DNA from: Macrostomum hystrix
Taxonomy: Eukaryota; Animalia; Platyhelminthes
Direction of reading: 5' to 3'
Length of the DNA stretch: 64,000 nucleotides
Assembly (NCBI GenBank): GCA_950097015.1
Contig: CATNEN010000041.1
Location: 2,356,001-2,420,000, forward strand
Positions 35,638 through 47,632 of the stretch are shown here, piece after piece. The translations under genes were made by a program, and so were the position numbers. How positions within the stretch are numbered: the stretch's first letter is position 1; every line of letters begins with the position of its first letter. Below the pieces are notes generated by a model. That model did no database searches and was not told the origin of the DNA. It saw nothing but the letters and a program-made list of their open reading frames with translations.

Positions 35638-36867
35638 TCAATGCACCTGCTGCTGCAGCTGTTGCAGCTGTTGCTGCAGTCGTGCCAGCTGTTGCTGCAG
35701 CTGATCAATGCACCTGGTGCGCTCATCCAGCTGAGCCAGCAGAGTCCGAAGCTGCGACACGCCGCCGAACCGGTCTGCCATCTGCTCGAGCTCATTGGTG
35801 CTGTGCGCCCAGTTGGCCACGTTCACCTGCAGCCTCTTGAACTGGTCGTACACGCTGCCGACTCGCCGCTTCACGTCGGCCAACTCTCGGCTTTCGACAG
35901 GAGTCGCCGAGCTGGCCGAAGACTGCGACACTGCGAACGCTAAAATGCAAAGGCAAGGAGAGGAGGCGAACGTCTGTCAGCGAAAATTCGTTCTTGCTTT
36001 GAGTCACATAACGGAGCTCTCAGCCTTGTGTCTGGAATTGTGATATCACTTGTGCTAAGGCAACAGCGAGAGCATTTCACCTGCTGTCTGAGGCAGCATC
36101 GCGGCCTGTCGGAGCCTTGAGTCCACGAGCTCCAGGTGAGAGTCCATGCATTCCCTGTAGTGCTTATCCATCTCGGACCTTCGGGCTCTTGTCTGGCAGC
36201 CCAGGTGAGAGTACTTGCACTCGACTGGCCTCTCTGGACAGTCAGACAGGTGAGCCAGGTATGCTGGCCTGTTCATCGGAGTGCTCCGGTCACCGCAGTG
36301 AGGACAGGCAGCTGAGAACATCGGACAGCACACATCGGACTCCAGATTCCTGTGCCTGCTCTCCATCTCACCAAAGGGCACCTGCTGAGAGCACAGCTCA
36401 CAGCTCACTTTCCTCTGCAGGCACTCTCTGTTGGAGTGGCGCTGCATGTCCCTCCTCGTCACCTGCTGGCCGCAGAGCTCGCACGGCAAAGCCTGGAAGT
36501 CGCAGCTGTCCAGATGCTGGTCCATGAGAGACCAGCTGAGTGCAGCAGAGCAGCCGACACGCAGGTTCGGACACAGGACCTTCAGTCGGCCGACCTCGCG
36601 TCTCGTCGCAATGTCGGGAAGACAGGAGGCCTGGCTCACCTCGATCTCCTCCGTGGTGTCTCTGCAGGCCTCCGTGTTTCCGGGACATCGCCGCTTCTCC
36701 ACCGGTGACAGCAGGCCGGTGACGCAGGGCTGGCACAGGCGACATCCGTGCGGAGTCTGGAAGCCGTTGAACAGGGGCTGGGAGCAGCTGCTGCACTGCA
36801 GGTGAGTCGGCACAGTCGCCTCTTGAGGGGACCGCGCATCAGACACTCGCTTGGGCAGTTCTGACAT
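35638..36867 (-). CDS. TRAF-like copy 5, MATH-less; exons 36867-36081 and 35939-35638
   Basis: Intact RING and zinc-finger exon, donor G|gtgaaa, acceptor ttttag|, coiled-coil exon ending QQVH* at an internal tandem duplication. Confidence 0.88.
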
Positions 36868-37444
36868 TGTTCCTTCTTTGGGCCTTAATGTTGTGCAGTC
36901 GTTTAGCATTTTTAGCTGAGTTTTTCTATTACTTTCTTTTTATAGCAAAGCATTTAGGCCTAATTAAGTCAGAGTTTGTACCTTCTTAGTTCGATCTTGT
37001 GAGCTAATAAAAAGAGCTATTTGCAAACTATTGACTAAAAGTTTGAGCGCCTTTTTGTCTAAATTGCTTTGCTTTATGGCGGAGTGAGCTAGTGTGTGTA
37101 ATTTACATGTAACTGGGCTTCTAATCTATATTACTTTGCAGCTAAATCCGTGTCCATTGTAGAATTATATAAACGATCCAGACCGTTCCTTTATTTAGTA
37201 ACTTAGTGACATCCTTGATTCTGCGATGCGTTCTGTGTTTTTTGCCCGAACTGGCTTTGGCCGGGTACTCGGTGTGTGCACATTGTGCATGGAGGATGTT
37301 AAGAAAGCCTTGCAGTGCGGAAATCATTTTTAAAAAAGCCCAGAAGAAGCTTCTGGGTAGTTTTGCATGACACTTGCCGAGATATTTTTATCTAGCTAAA
37401 ACACACGAAAAACGACAGAGAATGCCGATCGGTTCTGCTTTCGT

Positions 37445-37990
37445 GGGCCAGCAGAACAACCTCCGAGCTTTTCTTGGCCTGCAGGACAACCTCCGGGCTT
37501 TTCTTGGCCTGCAGGACAACCTCCGGGCTTTTCTTGGCCAGCAGAACAACCTCCGAGCTTTTCTTGGCCTGCAGGACAACCTCCGGGCTTTTCTTGGCCA
37601 GCAGAACAACCTCCGAGCTTTTCTTGGCCTGCAGGACAACCTCCGAGCTTTTCTTGGCCTGCAGGACAACCTCCGAGCTTTTCTTGGCCTGCAGGACAAC
37701 CTCCGAGCTTTTCTTGGCCTGCAGGACAACCTCCGAGCTTTTCTTGGCCTGCAGGACAACCTCCGAGCTTTTCTTGGCCTGCAGGACAACCTCCGAGCTT
37801 TTCTTGGCCTGCAGGACAACCTCCGAGCTTTTCTTGGCCTGCAGGACAACCTCCGAGCTTTTCTTGGCCTGCAGGACAACCTCCGAGCTTTTCTTGGCCT
37901 GCAGGACAACCTCCGAGCTTTTCTTGGCCTGCAGGACAACCTCCGAGCTTATCTTGGCCTGCAGGACAACCTCCGAGCTTTTCTTGGCCT
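37445..37990. repeat. 27-bp minisatellite (about 20 copies)
   Basis: Unit gcaggacaacctccgagcttttcttggcct-type. Confidence 0.96.
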
Positions 37991-38166
37991 GCCGATACTT
38001 TTTTACGCAAGATGTCTGGCATGTACACAAATCATAGCCGTGTACAATGAACCAATAAGCTGACAATAATAATAATTGCAGGAGTATCCGCTGTGATCCC
38101 GTCCAAACTCGGCAGGCCAAGAAAATTGGCACATCATTAGCTGACACTAGACCTGCACCCAGCAAG

Positions 38167-38452
38167 GAGGCAATTCTGCCCATTTCGCTGACTCCTGAGC
38201 ACACACGCACACAGATACCGTACGCAGGCACTCGCTCACACAGGTGTGTACATCTACCCTGACTTTCTCATCGTCAGGCAGTGTACACTGCCTCTGTGCC
38301 TTGCAGGTTGGCCCTTAAGGGCGCGGCTTGGCACGACAAGCCCCCACGCCTTCTCTCCGCGGCTGCGCCCCAAATGAATGTGGCCTCGGCGTGGAATCGA
38401 GCTCGGGGACCTTGGTGCGAGAGGCAAGCGCGTTAGACCGCTCAGCTACTCA
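38167..38452 (-). mobile_element. tRNA-derived SINE, best preserved copy
   Basis: Minus strand begins agtagctgagcggtctaacgcg (box-A-like) ... gagctcgattcc (box-B-like); non-tRNA body is shared with 56038-56290. Confidence 0.7.
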
Positions 38453-39009
38453 CCCTCTATAAATACTTGTGAAATGAACTGACCTTTCGAAATATCTTGT
38501 GACCGTTGCGCCAGTGCATGGCTTGGTTTCAGTCTGCAAACTATACAATCTTCAAGGTTGTCAATTTGGATTGGGTCGCTGGGTTACTCGGCTTGTTTCT
38601 GGTCCAACAATACATGTATATATATATATTAGATTTTGAACAATACACAGTGGTTTTGTATTGTCAATGTGTAATGGAAGTTTTTCTGAAAGTTTGATAA
38701 TATTCCACAAGCAAATTGGAGTAAGATAATAACAATTTACACCCGCTCGAACTTAAGCTAATTTTAAATTTTAAGTTACGTGTGACAAGTAAATTGTAGC
38801 TAAGGCATAAATATAGACCTGTTTACAGGTTCTTTCGACGAAATAAACAGACAACTTGTCTTTTTTTTAACTGACAGCTCTAAAGTAATTCAGCATTCAT
38901 TTGAAACGGTTCTCTTCGAGGCTTCAAACAGTAGAGCAACGAAGCATTCGTTCACTTGAAGTGAAAAATCCAACAAGCCAGGCTTCAAGCCAGCCTCAAG
39001 AAAGGCTCT

Positions 39010-39890
39010 CACGAAACCAACCACAAAACACAGCAGCGTAGGCTTTCAGCATCGCTCCTGACGAAACCAACCACAAAACACAGCAGCGAAGGCTTTCAGC
39101 ATCGCTCCTGACGAAACCAACCACAAAACACAGCAGCGAAGGCTTTCAGCATCGCTCCTGACGAAACCAACCACAAAACACAGCAGCGAAGGCTTTCAGC
39201 ATCGCTCCTGACGAAGCCAACCACAAAACACAGCAGCGTAGGCTTTCAGCATCGCTCCTGACGAAGCCAACCACAAAACACAGCAGCGTAGGCTTTCAGC
39301 ATCGCTCCTGACGAAGCCAACCACAAAACACAGCAGCGTAGGCTTTCAGCATCGCTCCTGACGAAGCCAACCACAAAACACAGCAGCGTAGGATTTCAGC
39401 ATCGCTCCTGACGAAGCCAACCACAAAACACAGCAGCGTAGGCTTTCAGCATCGCTCCTGACGAAACCAACCACAAAACACAGCAGCGAAGGCTTTCAGC
39501 ATCGCTCCTGACGAAGCCAACCACAAAACACAGCAGCGTAGGCTTTCAGCATCGCTCCTGACGAAACCAACCACAAAACACAGCAGTGTAGGCTTTCAGC
39601 ATCGCTCCTGACGAAGCCAACCACAAAACACAGCAGCGAAGGCTTTCAGCATCGCTCCTGACGAAATCAACCACAAAACACAGCAGTGTAGGCTTTCAGC
39701 ATCGCTCCTGACGAAGCCAACCACAAAACACAGCAGCGTAGGATTTCAGCATCGCTCCTGACGAAGCCAACCACAGAACAGACAGCGTAGGATTTCAGCA
39801 TCTCTCCTGACGAAACCAACCACAAAACACAGCAGCGAAGGCTTTCAGCATCGCTCCTGACGAAGCCAACCACAGAACAGACAGCCTAGG
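39010..39890. repeat. 50-bp minisatellite (about 17 copies)
   Basis: Unit acgaaaccaaccacaaaacacagcagcgtaggctttcagcatcgctcctg. Confidence 0.96.
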
Positions 39891-40368
39891 ATTTCGCTGC
39901 ATCCTACCCAGTGCGAATTCCACCGCTCCAGAACTTTTCGTATTTTGTAAATGTCGGCCGCAATTTTGCGAAATCAGTAAAATGCTGGCATAATGGGCTG
40001 TCGGATGAATAAATCTATCTTCTGTGCCTCGTAATAAATCTGCTGATTAATTACTTCTTTGAATGTTTAACTACGACTACATTTTGTAAATAATTATGAA
40101 AAATAAATGAAACGAAAGAACTGGATTTATACGGGTCCCATCATTCTTGTTTTTTTATTCAATACATATTTTTCCTGCTTGAGCTAACCAGGGGGGGGCA
40201 ATTAGGGACGCATTCCAGTAAGGACAGTAAGCTAAGCTTAATTTATTAATTAGGTACATTTACACGAAAATGTACTAGATGGAGCTGAGGAAGCAATGCC
40301 TGCAAAGCTACTCGATGTATGACTACGGACTTTTACGATGTTAGTTGTTCAATGTGCTTATTACTAGC

Positions 40369-41644
40369 GGCTCAGGACAACTCTAACTGCAGGTGGTTTA
40401 AGTAGACCCTGCGGCTCAGGACAACTCTAACTACAGGTGGTTTAAGTAGACCCTGCGGCTCAGGACAACTCTAACTGCAGGTGGTTTAAGTAGACCCTGC
40501 GGCTCAGGACAACTCTAACTGCAGGTGGTTTAAGTAGACCCTGCGGCTCAGGACAACTCTAACTACAGGTGGTTTAAGTAGACCCTGCGGCTCAGGACAA
40601 CTCTAACTACGGGTGGTTTAAGTAGACCCTGCGGCTCAGGACAACTCTAACTGCAGGTGGTTTAAGTAGACCCTGCGGCTCAGGACAACTGTAACTACAG
40701 GTGGTTTAAGTAGACCCTGCGGCTCAGGACAACTCTAACTACAGGTGGTTTAAGTAGACCCTGCGGCTCAGGACAACTCTAACTGCAGGTGGTTTAAGTA
40801 GACCCTGCGGCTCAGGAAAACTCTAACTGCAGGTGGTTTAAGTAGACCCTGCGGCTCAGGACAACTGTAACTACAGGTGGTTTAAGTAGACCCTGCGGCT
40901 CAGGACAACTCTAACTGCATGTGGTTTAAGTAGACCCTGCGGCTCAGGACAACTCTAACTGCAGGTGGTTTAAGTAGACCCTGCGGCTCAGGACAACTCT
41001 AACTGCAGGTGGTTTAAGTAGACCCTGCGGCTCAGGACAACTGTAACTACAGGTGGTTTAAGTAGACCCTGCGGCTCAGGACAACTCTAACTGCAGGTGG
41101 TTTAAGTAGACCCTGCGGCTCAGGACAACTCTAACTGCAGGTGGTTTAAGTAGACCCTGCGGCTCAGGACAACTCTAACTGCAGGTGGTTTAAGTAGACC
41201 CTGCGGCTCAGGACAACTCTAACTGCAGGTGGTTTAAGTAGACCCTGCGGCTCAGGACAACTCTAACTGCAGGTGGTTTAAGTAGACCCTGCGGCTCAGG
41301 ACAACTCTAACTACAGGTGGTTTAAGTAGACCCTGCGGCTCAGGACAACTCTAACTGCAGGTGGTTTAAGTAGACCCTGCGGCTCAGGACAACTCTAACT
41401 GCAGGTGGTTTAAGTAGACCCTGCGGCTCAGGACAACTCTAACTGCAGGTGGTTTAAGTAGACCCTGCGGCTCAGGACAACTCTAACTACAGGTGGTTTA
41501 AGTAGACCCTGCGGCTCAGGACAACTCTAACTGCAGGTGGTTTAAGTAGACCCTGCGGCTAAGGACAACTCTAACTGCAGGTGGTTTAAGTAGACCCTGC
41601 GGCTCAGGACAACTCTAACTGCAGGTGGTTTAAGTAGACCCTGC
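40369..41644. repeat. 44-bp minisatellite (about 29 copies)
   Basis: Unit gcggctcaggacaactctaactgcaggtggtttaagtagaccct. Confidence 0.97.
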
Positions 41645-41724
41645 TCACCGTTTTCTCATGTGACTAATTTCTCACTTTCGAACGATGATTTGTGGAAGCA
41701 CAAGTTTTAACGCAATTGTCTGAT

Positions 41725-41990
41725 CAATCGTACGCTATTCATATAGCAATTGACCATTGCTTTCAGGGCACACAGGGAACTTGCACCGAGGTCCCTGAGC
41801 TCGAATCCGCGGCGGGGCCTCACAAATTAGACTTAGCCGCAGAGAAAAGGGTTTCGGGCATCTTACGCAAACACGCCCATGAGGGGCAACCTCCATTTCA
41901 CAATGAGTGCACACGGCCTGAGGGCCTGAGGAGCTGCCCACAAAGGGCAGGCAGATGAACAGACCTGCTTGTGCTCAGGAGAACGGAGCA
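41725..41990 (+). mobile_element. tRNA-derived SINE, diverged copy
   Basis: gcaccgaggtccctgagctcgaatccgc head and gaggggcaacctcc body resemble the other copies. Boundaries approximate. Confidence 0.5.
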
Positions 41991-43204
41991 TACTAAATTC
42001 CCTCCTAGACTGTCATTACCCGTGCTTCGGTAGCCACAGGCCCTGCAAATTTAAATATTATCATTGTTATGTGCGGCGTCCCGTGCTTCTATGCAACACT
42101 ATCTCGATTGCCTTAACAAGCAAGTGGAATACAATAGAAAGGTTGTTTGCAGAGTGCAGTGCGCTATGACAGTGCATATGACACCTTTCTTGCGTAGAAG
42201 ACGCTCTTGACATTGATACTGTCGGACTTGCCGCCGTAAAAATTTGATTCCCTTGAAGCTCTTCTGATTCGCCGCCTCGAGCTCCCAGACGACGACTTTT
42301 CACGCCGATGTTTCGTCGTCCTTTTTTGCACCCTGGCTGAATTGCTCAAACATGTGCTGCCATCATCGGAAGTAATTTGAGTAGACCATGAGAACTCTGG
42401 GTTCTAGCTAGCTGCCACGAATGTAAGAGCCGGCGAAATGTACGATTGGCAATGAGAAATCAGACGAGTACAGTTATAGATTCAATGAGAACCCCAACAA
42501 TTCATCGCACATGAAAACCACACATCAATTTATCAAGCATATATTTATCCATGATGTGACTGGAAAATTCTCACTACATATGAGTAATATGCTTAAAGAC
42601 AAAGTTAGTACAAAGTAACCGTTAGCAGCACTGTGATGGACGCATTGTTTCTATGAATAGAAAGAGCAACCATTCTGGATAAACCATTTTATTCAGCAAA
42701 GCCTTAGCCAGTAAACATTAGACAATAGTTTTACAGTGTTCACACCAAGGACGAAATTCAGAGTCTCTTCCATGGCTATAAATCTGAGTGACTAAAACTG
42801 GTTGTTGGAGTTTGTGACAGCATTCAAATGATTTGGTCTGACCTATTTACACTTCAATGCACTCAGACATGCGCTCCGACCTTTTGACAACAATTTCTAC
42901 ATTTTAGTTTCGAGATTCAACAAGCTCCGAAAAAACTCCAACAAATACTTCAGGAGTTTCAGTCGGGACTTATTGTACACGATGCGATTGCCGCTGCTGC
43001 ACATTTTGCTGCAGCTGCTGCACCTTTTGCTGCAGCTGTTGAACCTTTTGCTGCAGCTGCTGCACCTTTTGCTGCAGCTGTTGAACCTTTTGCTGCAGCT
43101 GCTGCTCCTTTTGCTGCAGCAGCTGAATTTTTTGCTGCAGCTGTTGCACCTGTTGCTGTAGCTGATCGATGCACCTGGTGGGCTCGTTCAGCCCGCAATC
43201 GGGA

Positions 43205-44446
43205 CTATTGTACACGCTGCGATTGCAGCAGCTGCAGCTGTTGCACCTGTTGCTGCAGTTGTGCCAGCTGTTGCTGCAGCTGATCAATGCACCTGGTGCG
43301 CTCATCCAGCTGAGCCAGCAGAGTCCGAAGCTGCGACACGCCGCCGAACCGGTCTGCCATCTGCTCGAGCTCATTGGTGCTGTGCGCCCAGTTGGCCACG
43401 TTCACTTGCAGCCTCTTGAACTGGTCGTACACGCTGCCGACTCGCCGCTTCACGTCGGCCACCTCTCGGCTTTCGACAGGAGTCGCCGAGCTGGCCGAAG
43501 ACTGCGACACTGCGAACGCTAAAATGCAAAGGCAAGGAGAGGAGGCGAACGTCTGTCAGCGAAAATTCGTTCTTGCTTTGAGTCACATAACGGAGCTCTC
43601 AGCCTTGTGTCTGGAATTGTGATATCACTTGTGCTAAGGCAACAGCGAGAGCATTTCACCTGCTGTCTGAGGCAGCATCGCGGCCTGTCGGAGCCTTGAG
43701 TCCACGAGCTCCAGGTGAGAGTCCATGCATTCCCTGTAGTGCTTATCCATCTCGGACCTTCGGGCTCTTGTCTGGCAGCCCAGGTGAGAGTACTTGCACT
43801 CGACTGGCCTCTCTGGACAGTCAGACAGGTGAGCCAGGTATGCTGGCCTGTTCATCGGAGTGCTCCGGTCACCGCAGTGAGGACAGGCAGCTGAGAACAT
43901 CGGACAGCACACATCGGACTCCAGATTCCTGTGCCTGCTCTCCATCTCACCAAAGGGCACCTGCTGAGAGCACAGCTCACAGCTCACTTTCCTCTGCAGG
44001 CACTCTCTGTTGGAGTGGCGCTGCATGTCCCTCCTCGTCACCTGCTGGCCGCAGAGCTCGCACGGCAAAGCCTGGAAGTCGCAGCTGTCCAGATGCTGGT
44101 CCATGAGAGACCAGCTGAGTGCGGCAGAGCAGCCGGCACGCAGGTTCGGACACAGGACCTTCAGTCGGCCGACCTCGCGTCTCGTCGCAATGTCGGGAAG
44201 ACAGGAGGCCTGGCTCACCTCGATCTCCTCCGTGGTGTCTCTGCAGGCCTCCGTGTTTCCGGGACATCGCCGCTTCGCCACCGGTGACAGCAGGCCGGTG
44301 ACGCAGGGCTGGCACAGGCGACATCCGTGCGGAGTCTGGAAGCCGTTGAACAGGGGCTGGGAGCAGCTGCTGCACTGCAGGTGGGTCGGCACAGTCGCCT
44401 CTTGAGGGGACCGCGCATCAGACACTCGCTTGGGCAACTCAGACAT
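43205..44446 (-). CDS. TRAF-like copy 6, MATH-less, near-identical to copy 5 including the intron; exons 44446-43660 and 43518-43205
   Basis: Same splice sites and intron sequence as copy 5; ends QSQRVQ*. Confidence 0.88.
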
Positions 44447-45637
44447 TGTGCTTGAGTTTTACGGTTTTCGTAAATCGCAGGACTCATAAAGAAGCCTCAG
44501 CTGCTATGTGGCTTCCATATTGTAGCCCAAATATTTATTCCTCAATTTGTTGAAGTGCCTCATGAGGTCAGAGCCAATGTGCCTTTAACAAGGTAGTTTT
44601 CGCTTTCATTTTACTCTTTGCAGCGAGTATGTCCTATTCTTTGGAATAGAACGAGGAATTACTATTCCTCGTAGGAATATATAGAATTTAGAATTCTTTG
44701 GAATTAATTTGGAATATATAGTTAAAGTTTTATCTTCAAGATTTCATCTTGAAGGACGTTGACACTGTATTCTAAAATGTTAAATTGCTTTGAATTTCTG
44801 AGGCAAAATTGCAGTCCGTATCGCGCCTGTACAGTTGTTGTGCTCAGTGTACTTGTCTATATTTAGAAATTATACTACAGCGATCAGAACTGCCATTCGC
44901 GAGGCTTCGCGTGTCTAAAAATAGAAGCACAAGTTGTAATAGAAGAAACCCCATTTAACAGCGCGGATGCATCACCGCCCATTGTGCTAGCCACTGGCCA
45001 CCTTGGTTTGCGCTGTCCTGGAACAGCATCGATTAGGATGCGGACGAGCCAGCTGAAATTTTCAAGCCAAAGACATTGCACAGATCCGGGTTGATGACGT
45101 GGGAGTTCAGCCTGTCTTAGGTAAAGACAATGAGCCAGCCATAAAGGGAATCTCACGACGACGCTTGTGAGCCGCAGCGCCCGCAGAGTGTCAGTCACTC
45201 GGCTACCACATGTAGCAATAATTTCAATAATTATCGTCATATCTTACTCTCCACGTACTGTCCGAAAGTACTTTTTGCGAATGGATATTTCCGCTATTCA
45301 ACGGTGATTCCCGTTCGAGGTGGTGAATACTATATAATATAATATACTTGTGGAATATATATAATATACGTTTACTGTACACAGTACCTCTAACTGTTTC
45401 CCTGAAGTTTCCCATACTCTATTTACGGAATAGTAGAAATATTTGCGAGTGGTTGCTAGGCAATTCACACAAACAAAAACTCAGCTTGTTCACTAGCTGA
45501 AACAAGCTTAAAACGTTTACCATCTAATGGCATAGAATCAGATCATTTTGCGCGAGACTGCAAATTAGTTAAACTGTTTCAAAAGCTAATCTATCCAGAC
45601 GGCTCTTTCTCAACCGTTCGACCCTGCGCAGCCGAGC

Positions 45638-47632
45638 ATGTCTTTCGAGCTGAACAAGCGAGTGTCAGGTGCGCGGCCTCCTCAAGGCGCGACTGTGCCG
45701 ACCCACCTGCAGTGCAGCAGCTGCTCCCAGCCCCTGTTCAACGGCTTCCAGACTCCGCACGGATGTCGCCTGTGCCAGCCCTGCGTCACCGGCCTGCTGT
45801 CACCGGTGGCGAAGCGGCGATGTCCCGGAAACATGGAGGCCTGCAGAGACACCACGGAGGAGATCGAGGTGAGCCAGGCCTCCTGTCTTCCCGACATTGC
45901 GACGAGACGCGAGGTCGGCCGACTGAAGGTCCTGTGTCCGAACCTGCGTGCCGGCTGCTCTGCCGCACTCAGCTGGTCTCTCATGGACCAGCATCTGGAC
46001 AGCTGCGACTTCCAGGCTTTGCCGTGCGAGCTCTGCGGCCAGCAGGTGACGAGGAGGGACATGCAGCGCCACTCAACCAGAGAGTGCCTGCAGAGGAAAG
46101 TGAGCTGTGAGCTGTGCTCTCAGCAGGTGCCCTTTGGTGAGATGGAGAGCAGGCACAGGAATCTGGAGTCCGATGTGTGCTGTCCGATGTTCTCAGCTGC
46201 CTGCCCTCACTGCAGTGACCGGAGCACTCCGATGAGCAGGACAGCATACCTGGCTCACCTGTCTGACTGTCCGGAGAAGGTTCAGCAGCAAGTTCAGCAG
46301 CAAGTTCAGCAGCAGGTTCAGCAGCAGGTTCAGCAGCAGGTTCAGCAGCAGGTTCAGCAGCAGGTTCAGCAGCAGGTTCAGCAGCAGGTTCAGCAGCAGG
46401 TTCAGCAGCAGGTTCAGCAGCAGGTTCAGCAGCAGGTTCAGCAGCAGGTTCAGCAGCAGGTTCAGCAGCAGGTTCAGCAGCAGGTTCAGCAGCAGGTTCA
46501 GCAGCAGGTTCAGCAGCAGGTTCAGCAGCAGGTTCAGCAGCAGGTTCAGCAGCAGGTTCAGCAGCAGGTTCAGCAGCAGGTTCAGCAGCAGGTTCAGCAG
46601 CAGGTTCAGCAGCAGGTTCAGCAGCAGGTTCAGCAGCAGGTTCAGCAGCAGGTTCAGCAGCAGGTTCAGCAGCAGGTTCAGCAGCAGGTTATGTGTGCTC
46701 TATCTATCGCTCTAAAGGGGACACTTTCAAAGGAGACACTTTCAAAGGAGACACTTTCAAAGGAGACACTTTCAAAGGAGACACTTTCAAAGGAGACACT
46801 TTCAAAGGAGACACTTTCAAAGGAGACACTTTCAAAGGAGACACTTTCAAAGGAGACACTTTCAAAGGAGACACTTTCAAAGGAGACACTTTCAAAGGAG
46901 ACACTTTCAAAGGAGACACTTTCAAAGGAGACACTTTCAAAGGAGACACTTTCAAAGGAGACACTTTCAAAGGAGACACTTTCAAAGGAGACACTTTCAA
47001 AGGAGACACTTTCAAAGGAGACACTTTCAAAGGAGACACTTTCAAAGGAGACACTTTCAAAGGAGACACTTTCAAAGGAGACACTTTCAAAGGAGACACT
47101 TTCAAAGGAGACACTTTCAAAGGAGACACTTTCAAAGGAGACACTTTCAAAGGAGACACTTTCAAAGGAGACACTTTCAAAGGAGACACTTTCAAAGGAG
47201 ACACTTTCAAAGGAGACACTTTCAAAGGAGACACTTTCAAAGGAGACACTTTCAAAGGAGACACTTTCAAAGGAGACACTTTCAAAGGAGACACTTTCAA
47301 AGGAGACACTTTCAAAGGAGACACTTTCAAAGGAGACACTTTCAAAGGAGACACTTTCAAAGGAGACACTTTCAAAGGAGACACTTTCAAAGGAGACACT
47401 TTCAAAGGAGACACTTTCAAAGGAGACACTTTCAAAGGAGACACTTTCAAAGGAGACACTTTCAAAGGAGACACTTTCAAAGGAGACACTTTCAAAGGAG
47501 ACACTTTCAAAGGAGACACTTTCAAAGGAGACACTTTCAAAGGAGACACTTTCAAAGGAGACACTTTGCCCATTCTGGGGCTTCCGTTTCATCGAAGGCA
47601 TGCAAATAGAAACTTTGAAAGACATAAACTAG
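45638..47632 (+). CDS. TRAF-like copy 7: RING and zinc fingers to HLSDCPEK, then in-frame (QQVQ)n and (SKETL)n repeats; probably truncated or non-functional
   Basis: 664-aa open frame; TRAF homology stops at 46279. Confidence 0.6.
   Translation: MSFELNKRVSGARPPQGATVPTHLQCSSCSQPLFNGFQTPHGCRLCQPCVTGLLSPVAKRRCPGNMEACRDTTEEIEVSQASCLPDIATRREVGRLKVLCPNLRAGCSAALSWSLMDQHLDSCDFQALPCELCGQQVTRRDMQRHSTRECLQRKVSCELCSQQVPFGEMESRHRNLESDVCCPMFSAACPHCSDRSTPMSRTAYLAHLSDCPEKVQQQVQQQVQQQVQQQVQQQVQQQVQQQVQQQVQQQVQQQVQQQVQQQVQQQVQQQVQQQVQQQVQQQVQQQVQQQVQQQVQQQVQQQVQQQVQQQVQQQVQQQVQQQVQQQVQQQVQQQVQQQVQQQVQQQVQQQVMCALSIALKGTLSKETLSKETLSKETLSKETLSKETLSKETLSKETLSKETLSKETLSKETLSKETLSKETLSKETLSKETLSKETLSKETLSKETLSKETLSKETLSKETLSKETLSKETLSKETLSKETLSKETLSKETLSKETLSKETLSKETLSKETLSKETLSKETLSKETLSKETLSKETLSKETLSKETLSKETLSKETLSKETLSKETLSKETLSKETLSKETLSKETLSKETLSKETLSKETLSKETLSKETLSKETLSKETLSKETLSKETLSKETLSKETLCPFWGFRFIEGMQIETLKDIN
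46280..46690. repeat. 12-bp repeat (gttcagcagcag)n, about 34 copies
   Basis: Directly visible; encodes VQQQ in the TRAF frame. Confidence 0.97.
46717..47567. repeat. 15-bp perfect repeat (gagacactttcaaag)n, about 56 copies
   Basis: Directly visible and homogeneous. Confidence 0.97.

Noticed and set aside
38380-38452. A genuine tRNA gene
   Set aside because: No complete cloverleaf could be folded, and it is attached to a non-tRNA body repeated elsewhere, so it was treated as a SINE head.
37445-41644. Regular 27-50-bp repeats resembling CRISPR arrays
   Set aside because: Units are head to tail with no unique spacers, there are no cas genes, and the context is eukaryotic.
44884-45240. 118-aa ORF between copies 6 and 7 as a transposase remnant
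   Set aside because: Only a weak AHCLYL resemblance; no catalytic motifs, termini or splice context.
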